Source of the DNA: an uncultured Syntrophaceae bacterium
GTDB lineage: Bacteria > Desulfobacterota > Syntrophia > Syntrophales > UBA6807
Assembly (NCBI GenBank): GCA_964523565.1
Contig: CAZGAK010000006.1
Span: forward strand, 4,589-68,588
Length of the DNA: 64,000 nt
Reading direction: 5' to 3'
Shown here: positions 48,367 to 58,961 of the stretch, piece by piece
Layout: every line of letters starts with the position of its first letter
Position numbering within the stretch: position 1 is the stretch's first letter
Made by a program: the position numbers and the translations under genes
Notes under the pieces: model-generated
Databases searched by the model: none
The model's input: only the letters and a program-made list of their open reading frames with translations
Told to the model about the DNA's origin: nothing

Positions 48367-49536
48367 TTATAGTTCTGATCCGACAATCATAATCCCGTTA
48401 AACTGATCGACACCACCCATGGCGTGACTCAAGGCCGTTTTCGCACCCGGAATCTGGTGATCCCCGGCCTTATCCATAACCTGCAGGGCTGCTTCAGCCG
48501 TTCTGATGAGCCCGGTCGCACCGATCGGATTTGTGCATAATGTTCCGCCAGACGGATCACAGGGTAATTCTCCGTCTCTCGCAAATGTTCCCTTCAAAAC
48601 CAGGTCGGGAGCTTCTCCGAGACCGCAGAATCCGAAGCACTCATAAAAAATCATTTCCTGGAATGTGAAAGGATTATATACCTCGGCAACATCCAGTTCC
48701 TTCCGCGGATCTTTGATACCCGCCATGTCATATGCCTGCTGCGCCGCCCCGACCGCACTCTGCCAGACGGCTTTATCGCTGTCACCGAAGTAATATTCTT
48801 CACCTCTATATCCGACACCTTTGACCCAGGCCACCTTGTTCAGGCCCAGTTTTTTTACCATCTTATCCGAAGCAAACAAAACTGCACAGGCGCCATCTGA
48901 ATTCGGACATACATCGAGAAGCCTAACCGGATAGGTAATAATCCTCGCGGTCTTTACATCTTCCATGGACACTCTTATCTTTATGTGGGCATACGGATTA
49001 TCAAAGGCACTGTCATGGTGGGTCACCGAAATAAATGCCGCCGCATCTCTCACTTTTTCTTCGTCCAGATTGTAGCGAACACTCCACATCTGGGATTGCA
49101 TGGAAAAAACGCCCGGAGCACCGGCAATAAAATATCTCTGATAGAAAGGATCGGCAACTGTTGTCATCGTTGCCTGACTGTCGCCTTCGTTCATCTTTTC
49201 ATGACCCACTGCCAGCACCAGATCAGCCATGCCCGATGATACCCAGTAATATGCCGTATGAGCTATTGACACTCCCGTGGACCCGCAGGTCTCGGTTTTC
49301 AGAATCGGTTTGCCCGCCGCCTTCATGGCATCGGCAAAATAAAAGTGGGTAAGTGCTACACCTTCCATCATAGAAGGCATCGTCCCCGAAACTACGCCAT
49401 CAATATCATCAGGGGTCAGTCCGGTTTCTTCATATACCCGCACAACTGCTTCACGAACCAGATCCGGATAACATACGTCCATTCTCCTCCCGTGGTTCGT
49501 CTGTCCAACCCCTATAATTGCAACTGGTCTACCCAT
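48367..49536 (-). CDS. SCP2-thiolase-like protein, Ltp3-like
   Basis: GVGQT, PSMMEGV...ADAMKAAGKP, CPNSDGA, AEVYNPF and PSGG..TNPIGATG; lacks the canonical thiolase histidines. Confidence 0.85.
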   Translation of the reverse strand: MGRPVAIIGVGQTNHGRRMDVCYPDLVREAVVRVYEETGLTPDDIDGVVSGTMPSMMEGVALTHFYFADAMKAAGKPILKTETCGSTGVSIAHTAYYWVSSGMADLVLAVGHEKMNEGDSQATMTTVADPFYQRYFIAGAPGVFSMQSQMWSVRYNLDEEKVRDAAAFISVTHHDSAFDNPYAHIKIRVSMEDVKTARIITYPVRLLDVCPNSDGACAVLFASDKMVKKLGLNKVAWVKGVGYRGEEYYFGDSDKAVWQSAVGAAQQAYDMAGIKDPRKELDVAEVYNPFTFQEMIFYECFGFCGLGEAPDLVLKGTFARDGELPCDPSGGTLCTNPIGATGLIRTAEAALQVMDKAGDHQIPGAKTALSHAMGGVDQFNGIMIVGSEL

Positions 49537-49548
49537 ATTGGTTACCTC

Positions 49549-50691
49549 CTAATTGCCTAAAATCGCAACAGCGTGGCACTGACCGGCGAAACCATGTGTC
49601 CCATGAGCCAAAGCTGTTTTTACTTCTTTATCGACCTGGCGTTCCCCTGCTTCACCCCGTAATTGCAAAGTTGTTTCAACAACCCGTTGAAGTCCACGTG
49701 AAACATATGGATTATTCGCCAGAACACCTCCTGACGGATTAACCGGCAGGTCACCATCTTTTTGTGTTGCCCCGCTGTCGATAAATTCGCCACCTTTGCC
49801 GGTACCGCAGAATCCAAGATCCTCACACCACAGCAATTCCTGGAAGGCGTAGGGTTCCGTGATCTCTGCGAGATCTATTTCCTTCCGAGGGTCGGAAATA
49901 CCGGCCATTTTGTAGGCCCTCTCTGCTGCATTCTTCAACTGCCCGTCAAGTAGATCTCTATCACCGAGATAATAGCTGTCTAATGAGCTTCCATAACCCT
50001 TAAACCAGACCGGCTTGTCCGTTAACTCCCTGGCCTTTTTCTCCGATGCCAGAAGAACCGCAACGATCCCCTCCGATTTCGGAGCGACCTGCATTGCAGT
50101 CAAAGGGTCAATGATCCTTTCGGAGTTGAGAATATCCTCAACGGTGTATCTCCCCTTTTTGTGAGCATAAGGGTTCCCCAGAGCATTCTGCAAATTTTTC
50201 ACTGCCACTTTTGCGCACTGCTCCTCCGTAATTCCATAACGCTCCATGTAAAGTCTCATCTGAAAAGCGGCCGCCATGGTTTCCTGCAGACCAAGACCTC
50301 TCGTGTAAAAGGGATCGGTGTACATCAACGTGCAGGCATCATTCTCCGGATTCTCCGAACCTTTGCAGAGAGAAATAATCAATGCAGTATCGTAGTGTCC
50401 CGTGAGAATTCTCATGACACCGTAAAAGAAGGCAAACAGTGATTCACCATCCTGACGTGAAGCATTTTTTAAAAATGCCCCCGTTGTCTCCCAGTAATAA
50501 GAATTGGCACACGATATTCCTCCATGAAAAATATCTGACGAGGCACTGATGATGGTTCCCAGATCATCTCTGGTTAAACCCACCTTATCCAGGACTTCCT
50601 TTGTGACCACATAAGCCTGGTCATAAAAGTTATCCTTGGATTCAGCGCCGGCATTTTGTGCCACTGCTACAATTGCAACTTTTCCCGGCAT
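49549..50691 (-). CDS. SCP2-thiolase-like protein, Ltp4-like
   Basis: SASSD, ILTGHYDTAL..KGSE, AEITEPYAFQE and NPSGGVLANNP; no canonical catalytic Cys/His. Confidence 0.85.
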   Translation of the reverse strand: MPGKVAIVAVAQNAGAESKDNFYDQAYVVTKEVLDKVGLTRDDLGTIISASSDIFHGGISCANSYYWETTGAFLKNASRQDGESLFAFFYGVMRILTGHYDTALIISLCKGSENPENDACTLMYTDPFYTRGLGLQETMAAAFQMRLYMERYGITEEQCAKVAVKNLQNALGNPYAHKKGRYTVEDILNSERIIDPLTAMQVAPKSEGIVAVLLASEKKARELTDKPVWFKGYGSSLDSYYLGDRDLLDGQLKNAAERAYKMAGISDPRKEIDLAEITEPYAFQELLWCEDLGFCGTGKGGEFIDSGATQKDGDLPVNPSGGVLANNPYVSRGLQRVVETTLQLRGEAGERQVDKEVKTALAHGTHGFAGQCHAVAILGN

Positions 50692-50722
50692 ACCAACACT
50701 TCCTTTCTTAATTTATTATTTA

Positions 50723-50865
50723 TGACAGTTTCGTAAAAAGTCAAACTCAGCGAATCTGTCATTTCGACCACAGGGAGAAATCTTATTTTTTCAATGTGTT
50801 ACGGTCTAAAGATTTCTCGTTTCACTCGAAATGACAAGCTATTGAGACTTTTTACGAACGCATCA
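50723..50865. mobile_element. MITE of the CGTAAAAAGTC family
   Basis: TTCGTAAAAAGTC ... GACTTTTTACGAA TIR core; internal TGTCATTTCGA...TCGAAATGACA and GAGAAATCT...AGATTTCTC stems. Confidence 0.8.
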
Positions 50866-50909
50866 TTTATACATTCTTTCCCAAGAATCCTTTTCAGTCA
50901 TTCAATTTG

Positions 50910-51365
50910 CTATGCAGGTTTTCTGCCGACGATTATCTTCGTTACGTAGACGATTGCATCCTCACCGCGTTGATTTTTAATGACATTCTCATGCTCAATT
51001 ATTCCGCGCTTGTCATCTTTCGCCGTTAGATTTTTAATCTTGACCACGCAATGTATCGTATCGCCGATTTTTATGGGCGCCGTAAACCGGACAGATTCAA
51101 TGCCATAAAAAGCTATAAAGCTCTTCGGAAGCATTACATAAGGCCCCAGACGAAACATCAAAGCGCTTCCAACAACCAGCCCCAGGAATCCATGAGCTAT
51201 CCGTTCCTTAAAGGGTGTCTTCGCCGCATATTCAACGTTCGTGTGAAGCTCGTGCCAATCTCCCGTAAAGGCCGAAAACATTACTATGTCCGTTTCTGTT
51301 ATCGTTCTTCCCGGTGACACAAAAACTTCCCCCTCTTTGTAGTCTTCGAAGTAGAGTTTCTCCAA
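50910..51365 (-). CDS. MaoC-family (R)-enoyl-CoA hydratase
   Basis: YFED, GRTITETD, TGDWHELH (D-x4-H dyad) and RIAHG; TTG start after AGGAGG (ORF track start 51374). Confidence 0.9.
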   Translation of the reverse strand: MEKLYFEDYKEGEVFVSPGRTITETDIVMFSAFTGDWHELHTNVEYAAKTPFKERIAHGFLGLVVGSALMFRLGPYVMLPKSFIAFYGIESVRFTAPIKIGDTIHCVVKIKNLTAKDDKRGIIEHENVIKNQRGEDAIVYVTKIIVGRKPA

Positions 51366-51430
51366 ACAAGTCACCTCCTTTTTTTCCCTTTCAATACATT
51401 AAAAGAGTTTTTCTTTTTTGTTTCGCTTAT

Positions 51431-52591
51431 TTACATTTTCAGAAGTTCACGAGCGATAACAAGACGCCGGATTTCGGAAGTTCCTGCACCGATCGTGCCC
51501 AATTTTGCGTCCCGCCAGAATCGTTGGACAGGGTATTCCATGCAGTAACCGTAACCACCATGGATCTGGACAGCCTCCTCGCATATCTTGATTGACATTT
51601 CAGCCGCAAAGAGTATTGCTGCAGACGATATCTGGTGGACCTCCGTTCCTTTTCCACCCTTCTCTACTTCACCGGCCATCATTGCCGCTTTGTAACACAG
51701 CAAACGCGAAGCTTCGATCTGCGTATACATGTCGGCTAATTTTCCCTGAATAAACTGGAAAGAAGCGATCGGTCTGCCAAACTGAACCCTCTCCTGTGAA
51801 TATTTCAGGGCCAACTCAAAAGCACCCTCAGCTATGCCGAGTGCATAGGTGGAGTAAAAGGCTCTTTCTACATCAAGGCCACCCATCATAACGGCAATTC
51901 CTCTGTTCTCCGCACCAAGAATATTCTCCTCTGAAATTATGCAGTCCTCCAAAATCAGCTCCGCGGTCTGAGAGCCCCTGTTACCCACTTTATCCAGTTT
52001 CTTTGATACGGAAAATCCGGGAATTTGTGTTTCCAGAATGAAAGCGGTAATTCCTTTCGGACCTGCATCCTTATCGGTCCTCGTATAAAGAACTATCGTA
52101 TTTGCATCAGGACCATTGGTGATGAACATTTTCGTGCCATTCACGACGTAATGATCACCTTCTCGTCTAGCCGTTGTCTGTATGCTTACGGCATCGGATC
52201 CCGCATTTGGTTCTGTAAGTCCCAGAGCTCCTACATGTTCTCCGGTACATAATTTGGGTAAATACTTCGTTTTTTGTGCCTCATTTGCATTCGTGTTCAG
52301 ATTATTACAGCACAGGTTTGCGTGGGCTCCCCATGAAAGCGCAATCGCAGGACACACCCTTGCCAGTTCTTCACATGCTAAAGAGGCAGACAGAATATCG
52401 GCGCCGGCACCACCATATTCGGGATCAACGGTTATACCGTTAATACCCAGATCCCCCAGCTTTCTCCACATTCCTTCCGGCCATTCATCCGTTTGATCCA
52501 TTTCCTCGGCAACATGCTGCAACTCCTTTGCCGCAAAATTTGCAACACTATCTTTTAACATTCTGTGTTCATCACTCAGATTAAAATCCAC
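51431..52591 (-). CDS. Acyl-CoA dehydrogenase (isovaleryl-CoA dehydrogenase-like)
   Basis: SWGAHANLC, EPNAGSD, NGTKMFITNGP, GLDVER and IGAGTSEIRR. Confidence 0.92.
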   Translation of the reverse strand: MDFNLSDEHRMLKDSVANFAAKELQHVAEEMDQTDEWPEGMWRKLGDLGINGITVDPEYGGAGADILSASLACEELARVCPAIALSWGAHANLCCNNLNTNANEAQKTKYLPKLCTGEHVGALGLTEPNAGSDAVSIQTTARREGDHYVVNGTKMFITNGPDANTIVLYTRTDKDAGPKGITAFILETQIPGFSVSKKLDKVGNRGSQTAELILEDCIISEENILGAENRGIAVMMGGLDVERAFYSTYALGIAEGAFELALKYSQERVQFGRPIASFQFIQGKLADMYTQIEASRLLCYKAAMMAGEVEKGGKGTEVHQISSAAILFAAEMSIKICEEAVQIHGGYGYCMEYPVQRFWRDAKLGTIGAGTSEIRRLVIARELLKM

Positions 52592-52720
52592 GGCCTATAC
52601 CTCTCTGTTATGTTTTTGTTAGATGAAACATTTTCTCGATTTCTATTTACTTTGCCATAATAGAAGCATTGGTTTTCGCAAAACCAATAGAGGAACATCA
52701 TAATATCTTGCTATTTCATA

Positions 52721-52736
52721 AGCATAAACAATGCCA
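52721..52736 (-). promoter_or_regulatory. Sigma54 (-24/-12) promoter of the acyl-CoA catabolic operon
   Basis: Minus strand TGGCATTGTTTATGCT gives GG-N10-GC, 130 bp upstream of the first gene and divergent from a sigma54 activator. Confidence 0.8.
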
Positions 52737-52915
52737 CCCTCAACTGATGCATATTCATTAACTATTTCAAGGAAATAGTCGTTACGCTCTGTCAATTGCC
52801 TGTATTCAGGGGGGTCACTATATGGACACCAGTTATTATTTGGACAAATATTGACAGATTGAATCCTTTCATGTACACTCGCGCCTATCAACAAAACCCG
52901 GGGAGACCTAGACTA

Positions 52916-55900
52916 ATGGCAAAAGCTGACAGAGTTTTGTCTCAATTACCTGATGACGAAAAACGGTTCCTTTATAGCTTTATTGCCTTCCCTGATTTTT
53001 TCTCTGTGGACTGGTTTTCCGGTATGCCGGATTTCCTTCCATCAAAATTGATCTCTCTGATCTTAACATTGAATCGCGGGCAATGGATTATTCCGGAAGA
53101 AAAAAAGCCCGGATGTTACAAGTGGTCTAAAAAGTTCTCGCGGCAGGAGGTTATAAGTAAGATACCGGCCGAAGAAATGTCTCGATACTATCGAAACACT
53201 GTAGACATTCTTTCAAAGTACCTGCCGAACAGTGAGGAAAACACCCTGAAGATGGCCAATCAGTGTCTCCTTGCCGGCATAGAAACAACCGACCTGGATA
53301 TCATTTTCAAAGCGGCTCTCTCTGAAGAAAAAAACCATAAAATCTCGTCAGCCATAACACTGTATGATTCTCTTCTCGAATACATCGAAAGTCTCATTGT
53401 CAGTGAAAAAGTCGACCTTTCCAGCGATACGTGGTGTACATTTATCAGGACAATTGAACGTCGGGCGTCACTGTCTCTGTTTCATCCAAGCATCAAGAAG
53501 ATTAATCGATTTCTTTCCATGGCCCTCGATATGGCTATCCATCTCGGTGACAAGAGATCCCAGGCATCCCTGCAACTTCTTATAGGACAAAATTACTGGA
53601 TGTCATTCCAGCATGAAAAAGCCGTTCAACACTTTGACCTGGGCTGGAATATGATCAATGCAATAAAAGATGATAATTTATATAAACGGGGGTTGCAACT
53701 TCAGGGATTATCCTGTTGGATTAAAGGTAATTTTCGCGAAGCAATTCAGGCTTACGAGGAATCACTGGGAGAGCTTGATTCTATCTCAGATGATGATTTT
53801 ATCCTCCTTACGGCACTTCATCTCGCCCTCTGCTACACTCAGGTCGGGATGCCGCAGAGAGGATTAGGGATTACAGAGGCCATTGAACGTCAGGCAGAAA
53901 AAAACGAAAACTGGCCGCTGGTATCCCTGACGATGGCAACAACGGGAGTTATCTTCCTGGAAATCAGACAGCTAAAGAACAGTAAAACTTACTTCGAAAG
54001 GGCTCTTGAGCTTGCCAGAAGGGAAAACATACCCATGGCAAAAGTTATGTCCGGTATAGGTATGGCCAATATTGAATGTCTGGAAGGAAACTTCGATGTG
54101 GCATCCGAATATTTTAAGGTTCTTTGGAAACTGCGTAAGTCGAGCTGGTATCATACCCTCAACAGCTCTCATATTTTTGAAGCCGGCTATATGCTGCACA
54201 TTAAGGATGTCTCTCCCGTTGAACTCAGTCCGGTTATCAATTTTTTATATCAACTGAAAGAAGAAGACGTCAATCCCTTCATGTACAGCATTATCCGCAG
54301 ACACCAAATTCTGATATTAGAAGAAAACAGAACACCCGGCCAAAAGATAAAAGAACTGTTAAAGCTCGAAAAATCGGTCAAAAACAGTGGGGCAACTTTA
54401 GAGCTCGCAAAAATCAGGGTTGATCTTGCCAATCTTTTTGTTCAGACAAATAACTGGCAAAAGGCTGAATTTTACGGGAGAAAGGCATGGAAATTTTTAA
54501 AACCCATCGCCAAGGACGTTTATCCAGCACATCTCGAACATTTGATTCCCCATGACGATGTTACAAGAGAAGATCGATTGTTTGATCTTGTCATCGAAAT
54601 GGGTGAAGCATTAACGAACCAGGAAAATATCGAACGGCTTCTCACGAATATCATTACTTCAATATCACGCTTGACGGGGGCAGAAAGAGCAGCCCTCTTT
54701 ATCAAGGACGGGGCCCCCTCAGGTCTCGAAATGGTTGCTTCGAGAAACCTCGTCAAAGAACACGTCCTGGACGAAAGTTTCAAAAAAACACTCAATGCCA
54801 TCAAAGCCGCTGCCAATAGTAACGACGGCACAATCACTCAATACGAAATAAACAGACGCGACTCTGTTGATTTTCGCCATGTTATAATTGCACCGCTGAT
54901 TCTATCGGAAAACGTGATCGGTGTCCTCTATCAGGACAGCCGTTTTTTTTCGTTTGACACGAGTCCCGGCAAGATCAATCTTCTTTCAGCGTTGGCATCT
55001 CAAATTGCCGTATCAATTGACCGGGCACAGGCATACGATGAAATAGCACGCCTGAACAAAAGACTCATACAGGAAAATCTCTACTATATGGAAGAAAAGG
55101 AAGAATTCAGGCCTTTCGGTGAAATCATCGGTAACAGTCAGACTATTATAAACCTCCACCATCTTATACACAAAGTAGCTCCCACACAATCGACCGTTCT
55201 CATCTCCGGTGAGACAGGTGTCGGAAAAGAACTTGTGGCACGGGCAATCCATCGTGACAGCGCGAGACAAAACGGTCCCTTCATTAGAGTCAATTGCGCA
55301 GCGCTCCCTGATACGTTGATAGACAGTGAACTTTTTGGTCATGAAAAGGGTGCTTTCACGGGAGCGGTAAAAACCAAAGCCGGCCGGTTCGAACTGGCCA
55401 ACGAAGGTACCATTTTTCTGGACGAGGTATCGGAACTTCCCCCCTCAACACAGAGCAGACTGTTACGAATCCTCCAGGAAAAAGAATTTCAGCGTGTCGG
55501 AGGAACAACCACCCTTCATTCCGATTTTCGCCTCGTTACGGCCACAAATAAGGACCTGGGAAAAGAGGTCGCAAACGGAAAGTTCAGAGCGGATCTGTTC
55601 TACCGGTTGAATGTCTTTCCCGTAAGCGTCGCACCCCTCAGGGAAAGAAAAGAAGACATACCGCTTCTGGCAACTCATTTTCTCAATCTATTCTGTTCCC
55701 AGTACAATAAGCATTACTCGGGTATTCCCGAGTCTGAGATGGAAAAACTCATAACCTATTCCTGGCCGGGAAATATCAGGGAACTTTCCAACATGGTTGA
55801 GCGTGCCGTTATTTTAGGGGGTCCCGTAATCAGGTTCGCCGAATTGGAAAGCAAGAAGATTGCCGACGTAACCGACGATGAAGTCCTGGATCTTAAAGAT

Positions 55901-56059
55901 ATGGAGAAGATGCAGATCTTCAAGGCCCTGAAAAAGACCAATGGGAAAATCGGCGGCAAGAATGGGGCATCGGTTCTCCTGGGACTGAAAAGAACGACGC
56001 TCATCAACCGTATGAAAAGGCTCGGCATTACAGTAGAGAAAACCGCAACACGCCAATAA
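52916..56059 (+). CDS. Sigma54-dependent enhancer-binding activator (TPR-like N-terminus, GAF, AAA+, HTH)
   Basis: [42 protein letters not shown] and C-terminal HTH; GGGAG RBS before ATG 52916. Confidence 0.93.
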   Translation: MAKADRVLSQLPDDEKRFLYSFIAFPDFFSVDWFSGMPDFLPSKLISLILTLNRGQWIIPEEKKPGCYKWSKKFSRQEVISKIPAEEMSRYYRNTVDILSKYLPNSEENTLKMANQCLLAGIETTDLDIIFKAALSEEKNHKISSAITLYDSLLEYIESLIVSEKVDLSSDTWCTFIRTIERRASLSLFHPSIKKINRFLSMALDMAIHLGDKRSQASLQLLIGQNYWMSFQHEKAVQHFDLGWNMINAIKDDNLYKRGLQLQGLSCWIKGNFREAIQAYEESLGELDSISDDDFILLTALHLALCYTQVGMPQRGLGITEAIERQAEKNENWPLVSLTMATTGVIFLEIRQLKNSKTYFERALELARRENIPMAKVMSGIGMANIECLEGNFDVASEYFKVLWKLRKSSWYHTLNSSHIFEAGYMLHIKDVSPVELSPVINFLYQLKEEDVNPFMYSIIRRHQILILEENRTPGQKIKELLKLEKSVKNSGATLELAKIRVDLANLFVQTNNWQKAEFYGRKAWKFLKPIAKDVYPAHLEHLIPHDDVTREDRLFDLVIEMGEALTNQENIERLLTNIITSISRLTGAERAALFIKDGAPSGLEMVASRNLVKEHVLDESFKKTLNAIKAAANSNDGTITQYEINRRDSVDFRHVIIAPLILSENVIGVLYQDSRFFSFDTSPGKINLLSALASQIAVSIDRAQAYDEIARLNKRLIQENLYYMEEKEEFRPFGEIIGNSQTIINLHHLIHKVAPTQSTVLISGETGVGKELVARAIHRDSARQNGPFIRVNCAALPDTLIDSELFGHEKGAFTGAVKTKAGRFELANEGTIFLDEVSELPPSTQSRLLRILQEKEFQRVGGTTTLHSDFRLVTATNKDLGKEVANGKFRADLFYRLNVFPVSVAPLRERKEDIPLLATHFLNLFCSQYNKHYSGIPESEMEKLITYSWPGNIRELSNMVERAVILGGPVIRFAELESKKIADVTDDEVLDLKDMEKMQIFKALKKTNGKIGGKNGASVLLGLKRTTLINRMKRLGITVEKTATRQ

Positions 56060-56246
56060 TCATTATATAATTATGAAAGGCAGGATTTGACCTTTCAGAC
56101 ACTTTCATATCGATCCTTGAGTGACAATTATCTACCTGCAAGTTCATACAATTCATTTGAGACAAAGGAATCTTTTGTAGATAATATAAGGTCATTCAAT
56201 AGCCAATAATCAGGATGAATACAATTCGAGACCTTTCACACAAATT

Positions 56247-56699
56247 CTAAGAAGTTTTTGTTTTGGAAATATTGTCCGTTTTACGTATGGTGTGAATCGA
56301 GTGCGCATGGACTACTTTCCTGCCGGATTCGTCGAAAATATCCGCTTCAAGTACCGCAGAATTTCGTCCGCGATGGATGATGTTCCCTTTAGCTGTTAAC
56401 ATACCCCTCATAGCAGGTAACAGATAATTAATATTTAGATTTTGGGTTGCAATGACTTCATTGTCTTTAATCGATGTAGCCAGGGCTAAACCGCAAGCAG
56501 AGTCGGCTAACGATGCTAATGCGCCGCCATGTGCTGTATTGTAAATGTTGCAGTGAGTATCCTCTACTTTCATTTTCATGACGCAACCTCTGTCTGTAAA
56601 CTCGATCAACTTCATGTTAAAATGTTTATAATAAGACGATTCATTTACCAGATCTTTTATTCGAGAAAGATAAGATGCCTGTCTTTTATCCGTTGACAT
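56247..56699 (-). CDS. PaaI-family thioesterase
   Basis: NIYNTAHGGALASLAD. Confidence 0.88.
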   Translation of the reverse strand: MSTDKRQASYLSRIKDLVNESSYYKHFNMKLIEFTDRGCVMKMKVEDTHCNIYNTAHGGALASLADSACGLALATSIKDNEVIATQNLNINYLLPAMRGMLTAKGNIIHRGRNSAVLEADIFDESGRKVVHAHSIHTIRKTDNISKTKTS

Positions 56700-56714
56700 T
56701 TGTGGGTTACCTCG

Positions 56715-57656
56715 TCATGATCGATCAATTCTTTTTACCAGTTCCGGCACTACTTCTTTAATATCCGCCACCATCAGGTAATCGGACATCTTCATGGTGT
56801 TGGCATTCTCGTCTGTATTCACCGATATAATTGTTTTCGCATCACGTATTCCGACGGTAAACTGAACCTGCCCCGAAATCCCCAGGAGAATGGCGAGATC
56901 GGGCTTACATTTCTTACCAGACAGTCCGATTATTCTCTCTTCAGATAACCATTTTTTATCCGTCGCAACCGGTTTCGTACAGGCCACTTCTCCTTTCAGT
57001 CTCTTCGCCAGGATTTCCACCATTGGCAAATCATCGTTGCTTTCCAGTCCCTGACCGATGGCGACCAGTACCTCGGCGGCCTCGATATCAACTGAATCTT
57101 CCATCTTCGGCCTGACTTCAAGAACCTTGATGCCGGAGGGCTGTGCTTCTACCGCGATATCATTAATCATGCCTTTTTCTCTTTCACCCATCATTTCATA
57201 GGTTTTGGGGGCAATGGCGATCACCTTGTTTTCTGATTCGATGACCTGGGTCGCCACTGTTGCACCGCCAAGGGCGATGCGCTGACAGTAAATTTTCCCG
57301 CCTTCGATTTTTATGTTACCCACATCTGTCAGACATCCGCCGTCAATCATATATGCCAGCCTTCCGGCGATTTCCTTACCTCTCCGATTTGAAGAAAGAA
57401 ATATGACAGACGCACCTGTCTTTTCAGCCACCTGGCTGATTGCCGACGTCACAGCCGCCGTATCAGCTATCTGTATCGCTTCGTCCTGTATTCTGTATAC
57501 ATCACTGCACCTCAGGGCCAGAATTTCGGACTGGTCATCATTGTTTATACTCAGGGCCTTTACTCCGAGTCCCAGTTCCGCGGCAATGCTTTGAGCTGCC
57601 GACAAAAGCTCACAGGCATAATTACTATTATCGCTGTAAACCAGAATACTGCTCAT
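56715..57656 (-). CDS. etfA: Electron transfer flavoprotein alpha subunit (FixB-like)
   Basis: IEAAEVLVAIGQG, IGLSG, GISGQVQF and VNTD. Confidence 0.9.
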   Translation of the reverse strand: MSSILVYSDNSNYACELLSAAQSIAAELGLGVKALSINNDDQSEILALRCSDVYRIQDEAIQIADTAAVTSAISQVAEKTGASVIFLSSNRRGKEIAGRLAYMIDGGCLTDVGNIKIEGGKIYCQRIALGGATVATQVIESENKVIAIAPKTYEMMGEREKGMINDIAVEAQPSGIKVLEVRPKMEDSVDIEAAEVLVAIGQGLESNDDLPMVEILAKRLKGEVACTKPVATDKKWLSEERIIGLSGKKCKPDLAILLGISGQVQFTVGIRDAKTIISVNTDENANTMKMSDYLMVADIKEVVPELVKRIDRS

Positions 57657-57661
57657 ATTCG

Positions 57662-58417
57662 CTACCTCTCCAGCCTTCCTGTGCTTTCGAGAACCTTCAC
57701 CAGTTCATCGACCGACTCAACAACAATTCCCTTCCGCTCACTTATAGGCGCCAGGTTACTGATAGTGACAACTTTCTTTTCATCGGGAATCTGAATGCCC
57801 AGATCATCGGGTCGGTAAATCTCTTTTGGTTTTTTCCTCGCCTTTAAGATGCTCGTTACCGATGGAATCTTCGGCTCCTTTATTTCCGAGACGACACTGA
57901 TAACCGCCGGGAGCGGGGCCTCGATAATTTCATCGGAATTCTCCAACGAACGGGTGACGCGCACCAGTGAGTCGTTCAATTCTATTTGTTTTGCATAACC
58001 CACCTGAGGATACCCGAGAATTGCCGCCACGCCTGAGACAACCCGCCCTGAGTAGTTATCCGCGCTTCCTTCACCGAACAGGATGATATCGACACCATCG
58101 ATTTTACGAATTGCTGCCGCCAGCACACCGGCAATGACCGAACTCTCCGCATCGGTGAGATTATCATCTTCAATCAACACGGCTTCGTCCGCACCGGCCG
58201 CCAGAGCTTCTTTGATGGTGTCTTTAATCTCTTCATTCCCTGCCGATACAACGATCACACGTCCCTGAACTGATTCCTTTAACTCGACAGCAACCTCAAG
58301 GGCACTCTTGTCGATATCACCCAGAACCATGGGAATATTATCCAGGACCGGTTCGCGATTTCGAATTCGAATCTGGTGTAAATCCGGTATTTGTTTCACT
58401 GCTACGACGATATTCAT
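57662..58417 (-). CDS. etfB: Electron transfer flavoprotein beta subunit (FixA-like)
   Basis: VAVKQIPD, ALAAGAD, GEGSAD and EPKIPS. Confidence 0.9.
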   Translation of the reverse strand: MNIVVAVKQIPDLHQIRIRNREPVLDNIPMVLGDIDKSALEVAVELKESVQGRVIVVSAGNEEIKDTIKEALAAGADEAVLIEDDNLTDAESSVIAGVLAAAIRKIDGVDIILFGEGSADNYSGRVVSGVAAILGYPQVGYAKQIELNDSLVRVTRSLENSDEIIEAPLPAVISVVSEIKEPKIPSVTSILKARKKPKEIYRPDDLGIQIPDEKKVVTISNLAPISERKGIVVESVDELVKVLESTGRLER

Positions 58418-58522
58418 ATTTATGACTTATGCCCCCTCCCCTTTATCCCCTCCCGCCAGGGAAATTCGACCTTTTGAGAGATCGTCAATGATAGTGATGC
58501 TCAACCTTGTGTCCGATATCTC

Positions 58523-58912
58523 TTATGAGCGACTGCCTCTTAGGACTAAGCCGGCAATGATCATTTTCTGCACGTCTCCCACGCCCTCAATCTGCGGGCC
58601 GATGATGGCATCACGATAGAGCCTCTGAATTGTATAGTCTTCCATGACCCCGTAAGAACCGTGAACATCGACGGCAATACGGGCCACATCAACTGCATTC
58701 TCACACACGAAACTTTTTGTCAGTGCCGCCTCTTTGGCAAATTGCATCGGGTCTTTTACGTCATTGGCCAGGCAACCGAGTCGGTACGTGAGCCATCGCG
58801 CCGCCTCTACTTTTATTGCCAGCTCCCCTACCCTGAGCTGAATAGCCTGAAACCTTGCTATAGCTTCTCCCCTGTGTGTTTTTTCGGTGGCGTATTTCAC
58901 CGCCTCTTCATA
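58523..58912 (-). pseudogene. 3' remnant of an acyl-CoA dehydrogenase
   Basis: YEEAVKYA...FQAIQ...VHGSYG...RLYRDA..EG is the ACAD C-terminal domain only; there is an in-frame TGA just upstream and only about 50 bp to the preceding gene. Confidence 0.8.
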
Positions 58913-58961
58913 TCAAATCCGGGTACCAGATATTTTTCCTTTTTGTGTTCGGTCGGACGAG

